A DNA stretch of 64,000 nt from Bugula neritina (taxonomy: Eukaryota; Animalia; Bryozoa), in the NCBI GenBank assembly GCA_964035545.1, contig OZ037767.1:31264628-31328627 (forward strand), given 5' to 3'. The notes below the pieces were generated by a model. The model made no database searches. It saw only the letters and a program-made list of their open reading frames with translations, and was not told where the DNA came from. Positions 14,301 to 24,108 of the stretch are shown here, piece after piece. The position numbers were made by a program, and so were the translations under genes. How positions within the stretch are numbered: the stretch's first letter is position 1; every line of letters begins with the position of its first letter.

Positions 14301-16202
14301 TCTTATTGCCTTGAGATTGATCTGAGTTCGAGCTCTACAGACCGACCAGCTCAGAACGACTGAGATCGATCTTTGACGTCTTTCCATGGATCGATCTCGC
14401 TGAGATCGATCTGAGATCGGTACATGGAAAGCCGGTGATGGAAAGCCGGTGAATGAAAGTGAAAGAACTACCTTTGACCTCTAGAGTCATGACATCACAC
14501 AGTTCTAGTTCAGGTATCTCAACAGATACAAGTCTCTGTATTCTATCCTTAATCTCTGCATATCCTTCAACTAGATCCACCTGTAAATAGAGGTCAACTA
14601 TTATCAGAATAACAGGGTAGCTTCTTAACAGTATCAACTACACAACAATTAAACCAACAAATATTCTCTCTAGAAACACTCAACTCTACACACCTGATTG
14701 TTTTGTCTAAGTTGAGCTTCTATCTTCATTCTACTTTTACTCAGTTCAGACAAAACAGTTCCAACTTCTCTCTCCATGTATGCATCCAGTGCATCTTTAG
14801 TTTTCTTTCTACTAGCTAAGAACTCCTCTTCAACTTTCTCATACTTTAGTCTCACCTCAGCCAACTAAAAGATACCATTAAACCATTAAAACCTTTACAT
14901 GGTGTGACAGGAAACACGCATTCCAGAAAATGTGATATCAATCACACCTGTTCATCACGCTGTGTATGGAGAATGTCTAGTAACTCTCCTGTTTCAGTAT
15001 CAAAGTCAGATATAGTTTTAGAAAGTTGTTTGAAGAGAGAAGATACTTTGTCTTCTGTAGTAATCAGTTCTTCTACATTCACCAGTTCCTTGATGAGGTC
15101 ATCCAGACTAAGCATTTTATGATCTGAACCTGGAAAGTTATTACTAAACTACAGTTAATTTCACAAAACTGTCACAAAATCCACCAATTTGTTGTATAAA
15201 TAAAAATCTCCTTAAACTAGGTACGAGTCATCAACTAGTAACTAATTTAAGTCAACAGAGAATAATATTATAGTATAGTAAATATTCTTCTGCTAAATTA
15301 TCACACATGTTGATAGTTATTGTAAACAAATAGTATTAGGAGCAATATTTAAACAGTCTTTAGTTAACAAATTTTACCTCTGACACAAGAGTCGGTCTGT
15401 GATAAACACTGCACACAAAACAGTTGAGTACAAAGTTTACATCCCTGAGATATTTGGTAGTCTGTGTGTTTAGAACAAACTCTTCTTTCCAGTCGCTTAG
15501 CTTGTATTCTGTATTCTGAGATGGTCAACTGCTGGTGGTCATCACTCACGTCATCGTGTGACTACAAATCATATTGATTGTCAGAAATCACTATTTGGTT
15601 TTTTACTTTATTCATTTTTTACACAGCTAGATTCCGCAGAAAAAATAATCAACATTAAAGTACCTCTCTATGTTTCCCACAGAAGAGTTTACTGCACACA
15701 GTACAGTATATCACTGCTGGGATATTCTTCATCTCCTTCTTAGTACAGACAGTGCACGATGTAGAGTTGTCCTCTACATCAGCAGAAGGCAGAGTCTCTA
15801 TACTCACATCAAACACTGCTCTGTAACGTATAAAGATATAAGCTCAATTGATAAGAATAGTACAACTATTGAGTAAAACTTTTTTCAGCAGAGCTAGCTC
15901 CTGAGGTTGATGCGTCACAAGTTGATTATTAAGAAATCAACAAGTACTTTTATCTTTTAGTTCTATATTTAACAAAATGACAGGTAAATTTATTCAAATA
16001 AATTGATATCAGTAATCAGTATTAAAGAAAAAAAAACTTACCTGCACCAAGGGCACCTGATCAAGTCATTCACATCAACATTTTTAGTCAGACAAACTAC
16101 ACAATGTATGTGACCACATGGTAGAGATTTTGGGTTATTAAGACCTTCTTTCAGTAAACAAAACCCACACTCTATTGCTCTGGGCTGCTCTGCTTCTGCC
16201 AT
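11333..16202 (-). CDS. TRIM-like RING-Bbox-Bbox-coiled coil-NHL/beta-propeller protein, copy 2 (~610 aa)
   Basis: Exons 16202-16042, 15820-15664, 15561-15378, 15129-14948, 14864-14694, 14580-14472, 12842-12108, 11466-11333. Same phases as copy 1; 1833 nt in frame. Confidence 0.88.
12996..14452. mobile_element. Head-to-tail dimer of a MITE with GATCGATC-rich TIRs in intron 6 of TRIM copy 2
   Basis: Left ATCACGGGCTTTCCATGTTCCGATCTCAGATCGATCTC, right GAGATCGATCTGAGATCGGTACATGGAAAGCCGGTGAT (inverted). Two similar ~0.7-kb units (about 12996-13672 and 13673-14439); no coding capacity seen. Confidence 0.8.
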
Positions 16203-16680
16203 TTCGAATTATTTAGCTACAATAAATATCAAAACTGCAATAATAATGTAAAAATTTAACTTCATCAAAACATAAACTTTTAGTTTTACTTTTAGACTCA
16301 CAATAGATAAAGGAGTTATAGCTGATGTTATTCATGAAGAAAAAATGAAACTAGTAACACTACCTGCAAATTTAAACTTCGAGTTTGAATACATGTTAAA
16401 GTTGTGCTATACCTACTACTAGTACTACTACTACTAGTACTGGTTCTAGTACTACTCTACTAGTACCGTAGGCGTAGTAGTACTAGTAGTAGTAGTAGTT
16501 ATAAGATTAGGTGTAAACTGTAAACCAATAAAATTTTCAAGGTTCTCATTTTAATTTATCACGGGTTATCTCTAAAACACAAACTATAGCTTACACAAGT
16601 TATGGTGTGGTGCAAATGCTTCAAACGTTTTTAAATTCGGTGAAAAGTGATAACTAACCGCTCCACTTGCAACGCCAACT

Positions 16681-16721
16681 GAAACGAAACTGATGACTTG
16701 AAGGAACCGCCTACCGGAAAT
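16681..16721. promoter_or_regulatory. IRF-element/ISRE-like plus ETS-like motifs upstream of TRIM copy 2
   Basis: GAAACGAAACTG at 16681 and CCGGAAAT at ~16715, matching 9953-9992. Confidence 0.4.
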
Positions 16722-17214
16722 GTAGTTTAGCGGTTCCTTAAACGAATCTTTACGCGAGTTGTTGTCAAGAGCATACAACTCCCAGTTGCAAAGATGATTA
16801 TTACACTAGAGTTCAATAATTATTATGTTAGGTCACTTGAACTCTTCAGCCTCAGCTAGCAAAGGAATATTTTAAGGGTTGTTGGAATACTCGGAAATAA
16901 TGTCATGTTTTAGAATAACGTCCTCAGTTTTATATATATTTTCATGAAGAAAAAGATAGTGAGATAGTACAATGTATAAAAAAGTTAACAAAATAAAACA
17001 ATATGAAAAAGATAAAACACATATTATAAAACATATAAGTTTAAAGGAAAAACCAGCTGAAATAATTATACAATATATATTACATTTTCAACATGAATTA
17101 TATGCAAATTTTATTGCACTTGAAATAAATTCACAAATTAAAATAGCTCTAAACTAGAATGACTTTGCATTATGACTGAAACAATAAAAATATATAAACA
17201 GCATTTCCTAATTG

Positions 17215-20200
17215 TCATCTACAGAAAACTTTAATATGCTTGCTTTTTCTCTTATCGCCAGGAAAGTGAGAATAAAAATGCTTGGAACAGCTGCGATATT
17301 TCCCTTTGTTAAGGAACCTGTCAACCACCTGCTCTAGTGAGTCAAACATGACAACATGGCTGTAGACATGCCTACTTGGTCCTTTGACCACTTCATTCTT
17401 GAGCCATTTGATTGGCTCATTGTAGAATGCTTCGGCCTCGTCTGTATAGCCTTCAGTGTTGTTGAGGTTAGGTTCACAGGTGAGGAACCTCATAGCAATA
17501 CCCGAGTGTACGTGACTACAAAACAACAGAACTAGGGCTATCATAAGTACAGAACAAGGAGAAAGTATCTACCTTTACCTATATCAAGGGAGGAGTGACA
17601 GGGGAGAATACAGTAACCCCTACCTGTAGTAGCCCCTACCTGTAGTAAGGGGTGGAGTGACAGGGGAGAATACAGTAACCCCTACCTGTAGTAAGGGGCG
17701 GAGTGACAGGAGAGAATACAGTAACCCCTACCTGTAGTAAGGGGTGGAGTGACAGGGGAGAATACAGTAACCCCTACCTGTAGTAGCCCCTACCTGTAGT
17801 AAGGGGTGGAGTGACAAGGGAGAATACAGTAACCCCTACCTGTAGTAAGGGGTGGAGTGACAAGGGAGAATACAGTAACCCCTACCTGTAGTAAGGGGCG
17901 GAGTGACAGGAGAGAATACAGTAACCCCTACCTGTAGTAAGGGGTGGAGTGACAGGGGAGAATACAGTAACCCCTACCTGTAGTAAGGGGTGGAGTGACA
18001 GGGGAGAATACAGTAACCCCTACCTGTAGTAAGGGGTGGAGTGACAGGGCATAAGGAACAACACACTCATGTTTCCGTTAGTCCGACTCTCGGTATTCAG
18101 AAACTTCATCACGTCAACAGCTCCTCTCTGGTGCAGAAGGGAGAAATATAGCATCATTGGAATGTTGCCCAGAAGCAGTAGAATTAAAGCTCTTTGTGGA
18201 GTGAGGTAAGGAAAGAGGTGACGAGATTGTCTCTGTTTACCAGATAAACGAGATCTCACGCCCTCGATTATTTCTGTCTCGGAGAACGAGTCAGGAGTAT
18301 CAGATGCCGTGAGACCAGAGTCAGCGTCTTTACGATCAGCTCCAACCTTTTCATCTTCCTTCAGCTACAACAGAATGAGAACAGCTATGTAACTAGACAG
18401 TGTCTTAGATACCGTAACCATGGTAACTAGACAGTGTCTTAGATACCGTAACCATGGTAACTAGACAATATATTAGATACCATAGCCATAGCTAGAAAGA
18501 GATAAAATGAAAAATAGAACATTTAAAATACATGAATACTTCAGTGAAAAATTAATGTTCGCTGACAGCTCATAAAACGTGCTCATATTAGAAAGTTAGG
18601 AATTAAATATATTGAGCCGAGTTCACCATACAAATGTTTTACAAAGGTTCAGAATAAAACATATAATTTGTTTACTACTTATGGGTCATTTTACTTAATT
18701 AAGTGCACACTGGATATCTTCAGTTTTTAGCTATTTTTCCCAATTTAACTGCTAATTGACATGGCTTTTTTGGCCAAAACTAGTAAAACACCAATAAATA
18801 CACCTAAATAATCAAAGTTCTTTTTAATTTTGCTTCATTTCCCATGTTTTTTCCTAATTATTCAGCTACTTTTGGTTGCGATCCGCACTTCTAATAAGCT
18901 AAATATATAAGAAAAAACATGGGAAATCAAGCAAAATTAAGAAGAACCTTACTTGTTTTGGTGTATTTATTGGTGCTTTACTAGTTTTGGGCAAAAAGCC
19001 ATGTTCATTACCAGCTAAATTGTGAAAAATAGCTAAAAACTGAAGATATCCAGTGTGTACTAAATTAAGTAATATGATCCTTATATCATATATTTTTAAT
19101 AAATTAATTTATTTGACACTTTCCTACATAATAGAACCTAAAATAATACAAATTGATATTAAGTGATACTCAAGACATGTTTAAGTCCTCTGCCAAGTAG
19201 TACTCTACTATATCACTAGAGAATCTGAATTGCATTGCATAGTATATTAATGTACTTCTCCACGAAATGAGCAAATGTTTGTTACATTAAATAACGTATT
19301 TTATAGAATGTTTGTCTTTGTAAGTTTATAGACTGAGATCTACTGTATAGACTGAGATTTACTGTATAAACTGAGATCCACTGTATAGACTGAGATCTAC
19401 TGTATAGACTGAGATCTACTGTATAGACTGAGATCTACTGTATAGACTGAGATCTACTGTATAGACTGAGATCCACTGTATAGACTGAGATCTACTGTAT
19501 AGACTGAGATCTACTGTATAAACTGAGATTTACTGTATAGACTGAGATCCACTGTATAGACTGAGATCTACTGTATAGACTGAGATCTACTGTATAGACT
19601 GAGATCTACTGTAGGTATAGACTGAGATCTACTGTATAGACTGAGATCCACTGTATAGACTGAGATCTACTGTATAGACTGAGATCCACTGTATAGACTG
19701 AGATCCACTGTATAGACTGAGATCTACTGTATAAACTGAGATCTACTGTATAGATTGAGATCTACTGTATAGACTGAGACCTACTGTATAGACTGAGATC
19801 CACTGTATAGACTGAGATCCACTGTATAGACTGAGATCTACTGTATAGACTGAGATCTACTGTATAGACTGAGATCTACTGTATAGACTGAGATCTACTG
19901 TATAGACTGAGATTTACTGTATAGATTGAGATCTACTGTATAAACTGAGATCTACTGTATAAACTGAGATCTACTGTATAGACTGAGACCTACTGTATAG
20001 ACTGAGATCTACTGTATAAACTGAGATCTACTGTATAAACTGAGATCTACTGTATAGATTGAGATCTACTGTATAGACTGAGATCTACTGTATAGACTGA
20101 GACCTACTGTATAGACTGAGACCTACTGTATAGATTGAGATCTACTGTATAGACTGAGATCTACTGTATAGACTGAGATTCACGTATTTAACACAACACA

Positions 20201-23200
20201 GAGTCACTCCCATGAAAATATTAATTCCACCATCAAAGAGGACAGAATCAACCTTGACAAGTATTAGACTGATATTCCTCCCTAATACAGAATATGGGTT
20301 TACAGTTTACAGAACCGAATGCTGAGCAGACTAACCTTTCTGATGTGGCGGCGGACATCTTCATCGGAAATCGACTGCGAGACTTCCTTCCCCTGACTGT
20401 CAGACGTCACCCGATCTTGGTGAAGGACAGTGATGTAATATCCGCAGACGTGCATGCACAGTGGGAGGACAGGAAGCACAAATCGGAACTCTTTATGAGC
20501 GAGAGCACTGAAACACATATATCAGTACAAACTGACAGAGATTGTGTGCAGAGAGAGGATAACTTTAGTAAACATCATGTGAGAATAATATATTTAATAT
20601 CTACATGAGTATATCGAAACATGTGTAACTATATACATAATAGTTTATATTCAGTTCCGTCAGTTTATGGTTTACTACGCAAACACCGGGAAACCTTAGA
20701 AATAATCTGAGACAGGGGAAGTTTGGTTATTCATCAATTATGTTAGTGCAATCCTTCAACTGAGAAAAACTCAAAAATGACACATAAAGTTACAAACAGC
20801 AGCTTAGAAAAATTCATATGGAATAAACTAATAGCTGCAATATATTTTCAAATCCTCCCCATCAGCTTCAGGAGAAAGATAATTTCCCAATTTGTTGAGA
20901 GAAATACAAGCAGGTGGATATATCACTGATGTCTACATGTAGATTAGGAACTAGCTCACTGATGTCTACAAGTAGATTAGGAACTAGCTCACTGATGTCT
21001 ACCTGTAGATTAGGAAGTATATCACTGATGTCTACCTGTAGATTAGGACGGAGTAAACCAGTAATAGCTGTAGAGATCTGTTCTTGCATTTCTTCCAGCC
21101 AAGAAGAAGTAGGATGGAGTGAGTGGACAGGACAAAGGGTAGACCTTGAGTGAAGTACCAGTGCCAGGGGTGGGTACCTGATGAGTATAGCATGTATCTC
21201 TCAGTCTACTCAACTAGTACTGTGCTAGCTATACGCTTATGCTGCATAGCTTACATTGTGTGGCTTATACATTATATTACATATATTATAATGAATATAT
21301 TCATTACACTTAAACACATTAAAACAAGCCGACACACTGCATTATGTAAGAGTGTTCGAATCATGATAAACATTGCAATGGCAAAATGAACATTGGCATT
21401 TTCCAGGTTAGTTTTATTCCAACATTTGTTGAAGTACAAATTTCTGGTTATAGTAACACGTGGTCTTTCAATACTCACCGTAGATGTGTGAAATGTGGTC
21501 TTTCAATACTCACCGTAGATGTGTGAGATCTTCTTAGAAATGTTGAAAGTGAAGAAGTTTGAAGGCACTAAAGTCCATTCTCCGTAGAATGCTTTATCAA
21601 TGCGTACGGAGATCATGCCAAAGAGAAATCTAGAATACAGCAATATATAGGATATAACGTACATAGTAAATGTGTAGGGTATAACGTACATAGTAATTGT
21701 GTAGATATAACGTACATAGTAAATGTGCAGATATAACGTACATAGTAAATGTGTAGGATATAACGTACATAGTAAATGTGTAGGATATAACGTACATAGT
21801 AAATGTGTAGGATATAACGTACATAGTAAATGTGTAGGATATAACGTACATAGTAAATGTGTAGGATATAACGTACATAGTAAATGTGTAGATATAACGT
21901 ACATAGTAAATGTGCAGATATAACGTACATAGTAAATGTGTAGAGGATAAAGTTATTCCACATTCGTCTTCGGGCTGAGAAAACATGGCCGACACAAAGC
22001 GGGATCCAAATAATGGCAGCAGTTGGACGGATTATTACTGATATGGCAGCAATCCAGAGAAACTTCCAGTTTTCAAAAGATCTAACAAAAAGGTAAACAC
22101 AAACATGTTGTGTGTTGAACAAAAACACCACAGGGTAGAAATAAGTTGATATTAGTATTTTCATAATACTTTAGCATTAATAAAACAACATATATGCATA
22201 TACAAATATATAAGCCTAATAAGCTTCACAACACAAGGGCCAATCTTCGGCCCGAGAACTTGTCTACAGTTTGTATTACATTCGAGATAAAAAGACAGAC
22301 TTACAATAGTATATAGTAGGTACATGTAAGTTAAGACTATAAAGATGTACACAACGTATAAATTCTTTTAAAACTGTTGAAATACTAGGAATGCAAGAAG
22401 AGAAGATAGAAACTAGCTTGATGACTACAAAACATGGACAAACTTATTGGGTGGGCTACTGGACCCCCCTAGTACCTCTAGACAGTATCTAGAACCAGCA
22501 GGCTATGTATGTGCGAAGAGGCCAGACACACTTACAGCTTGGCGGACTTGGTCCAGGGGTAGTAGTAGAGGCCGATGACAACCAATGATGTCTCCGCAGT
22601 GTTGGTGAGGGTTCTGGTGGCGCAGTAGAAGGTGAACCAGGAGAGACAGCTGCAGAGGAGAGTCCACTGGCCAACCAGGGGACTGGAGAGTTTAGAGGAG
22701 AGTTTGTAGAGGTAGAGATCAGAGACAGCGTAGAGCAAACCTTGCAGCACCCGCGGCAGCGTCACCTGATACAGGATGTAATATGTGTATAAACTGCAGA
22801 ATATGAGACAGCAATCTACAACGCTATATCAGAGCTGGTTACTTAGCAAAAGTATATGAGTTGTCTATCCTTTAAGAACTATGAGAAAATACTAAATAAG
22901 CTATATTAGAGTTGTCTACCCCTTGAGAGCTATGAGAGAATACTAAATAAGCTATATTAGAGTTGTCTACCCACCAAAGCTGCATAGGAATCTATACTGA
23001 GCAGTTCCACAGCCTTGTAGAGGACAGTGAAGACAGCTGGGTACAGATAGCCTCGGATCTTAGCCGTCCACTCCCATGTGAGATACCCAGTTGTATTTTC
23101 ATATGTTAAGGATAATGTGAGTACATAATATAATAATCCCAAGCTACATGGTACATTATTCACTAAGCAACTCTTGTACAGCAGGAGCCACCTCCCTATA

Positions 23201-24108
23201 CACTGAAACTGCTCGGTGAATCCCACGAGCTGCAAGGAAAAGGATATCCAAACGCCTGATGGTGGGCCACTTCCAGGGACTGCCAATACTCGTCTGGTAC
23301 ATAGTACGTCTGCACTAACAAGCAGTTGAACAATCTGAACACCATCATCATTAGGAGGATGCTCTGATCATTTCGGAACATTTTACTCCATGCTGTGTTC
23401 TCTATAAGAATTTATATATACATATTATATTATATGATATATTATATACATATGATATATAATGCTATATACACATTACATCATATCATAAAAATGTATG
23501 TGAATAATGCAGTGAGTTCATGCCAAGAATTCATTAATGATAAAAGTTTTTATTTTCACACTAAAAATTTCAATTAAATTCCCTCAGATTAAAGCCTCAA
23601 ATTTTCACATGTTTCCATTACTTAAATTGTATGTAAACTTACCTAAATAGTATGTCCACTTACCTAAATAGTATGTCCACTTACCTAAATAGTATGTAAA
23701 CTACCTAAATAGTATGTACACTTACTTAAATAGTATGTAAACTACCTAAATAGTATGTACACTTACCTAAATAGTGTGTACACTTACCTAAATAGTATGT
23801 AAACTACCTAAATAGTATGTACACTTACCTAAATAGTGTGTACACTTACCTAAATAGTATGTACACTTACCTAGGCCATTACCGAGCTCTGATTTGATAC
23901 TAGTTGGTTCAACAAGCCAATAGTAGGCACCCATCAGTATCTGAGCGAATTCCTTAGCCCAAGGATCATGGTGACACTCCCGCCTTTTATACTTCCTGCG
24001 TGCCCTGCCCACTTTCTCGCTTTCATAGTCTGAGGTTCCTGAATGCTGCGCCCTTTCATTTTCTGCTCGTTTTTGCAGTTGTCTCCTCACTGATAGGGCA
24101 GCAATCAT
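17215..24108 (-). CDS. PIGB: GPI mannosyltransferase 3 (PIG-B), ~654 aa, 10 exons
   Basis: Motifs VQTYYVPDEYWQSLEVAH, GYLTWEW, RTLTNTAET, IRPTA, HPWHWYFTQG, HKEFRF, HQRG, LMPCHSTPYYSHVH, MRFLTCEP. Exons 24108-23871, 23401-23248, 23092-22975, 22765-22536, 22081-21929, 21629-21514, 21177-21036, 20507-20336, 18364-18024, 17515-17215 (1965 nt in frame). Confidence 0.95.
17570..18048 (-). repeat. 46-bp minisatellite (~9-10 copies) copying the PIGB exon 9 end and its donor
   Basis: Minus-strand unit GTAGGGGTTACTGTATTCTCCCCTGTCACTCCACCCCTTACTACAG; true donor at 18023. Confidence 0.95.
18388..18492. repeat. ~34-bp tandem repeat (x3) next to the PIGB exon 9 acceptor
   Basis: GTAACTAGACAGTGTCTTAGATACCGTAACCATG repeated. 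Confidence 0.8.
18680..19083. mobile_element. Foldback/palindromic MITE (~400 bp, ~190-bp arms) in PIGB intron 8
   Basis: CACTGGATATCTTCAGTTTTTAGCTATTTTT near 18708 is mirrored by AAAAATAGCTAAAAACTGAAGATATCCAGTG near 19025; inverted similarity continues inward to about 18860/18910. Confidence 0.85.
19327..20179. repeat. 19-bp minisatellite (~45 copies), TATAGACTGAGATCTACTG
   Basis: Direct tandem array without spacers, in PIGB intron 8. Confidence 0.97.
20915..21048 (-). repeat. 33-bp repeat (x4) copying the PIGB exon 7 end and donor
   Basis: Minus-strand unit GTAGACATCAGTGA(TATAC/GCTAG)TTCCTAATCTACAG; true donor at 21035. Confidence 0.9.
21460..21527 (-). repeat. 35-bp duplication of the PIGB exon 6 donor
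   Basis: TCACACATCTACG|GTGAGTATTGAAAGACCA occurs twice. Confidence 0.85.
21648..21945 (-). repeat. 26-27-bp minisatellite (~11 copies) copying the PIGB exon 5 end and donor
   Basis: Minus-strand unit CTACACATTTACTAT|GTACGTTATATC; true donor at 21928. Confidence 0.95.
22858..22972 (-). repeat. ~51-bp repeat (x2.3) starting at the PIGB exon 3 donor
   Basis: GAGTTGTCTA...TACTAAATAAGCTATATTA recurs at about 22858, 22909 and 22960. Confidence 0.8.
23093..23247 (-). other. U12-type (minor spliceosome) AT-AC intron, PIGB intron 2
   Basis: 5' site GG|ATATCCTTT, branch point TCCTTAAC (23112-23105), 3' end AC 12 nt later. Splicing gives AHHQAFG-TGYLTWEW, collinear with the PIG-B family motif. Confidence 0.92.
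23636..23873 (-). repeat. 19-21-bp minisatellite (~11 copies) copying the PIGB exon 1 donor
   Basis: Minus-strand unit GTAAGTGTACATACTATTTAG; true donor at 23870. Confidence 0.95.

Noticed and set aside
19327-20179. Regular array that could be mistaken for CRISPR
   Set aside because: No unique spacers, no cas genes, eukaryotic intron context; it is a simple minisatellite. The same applies to 28468-28966.
21503-21995. Several overlapping repeat ORFs (HLLCTLYPT, YYVRYILHI)
   Set aside because: By-products of the 26-27-bp donor minisatellite.
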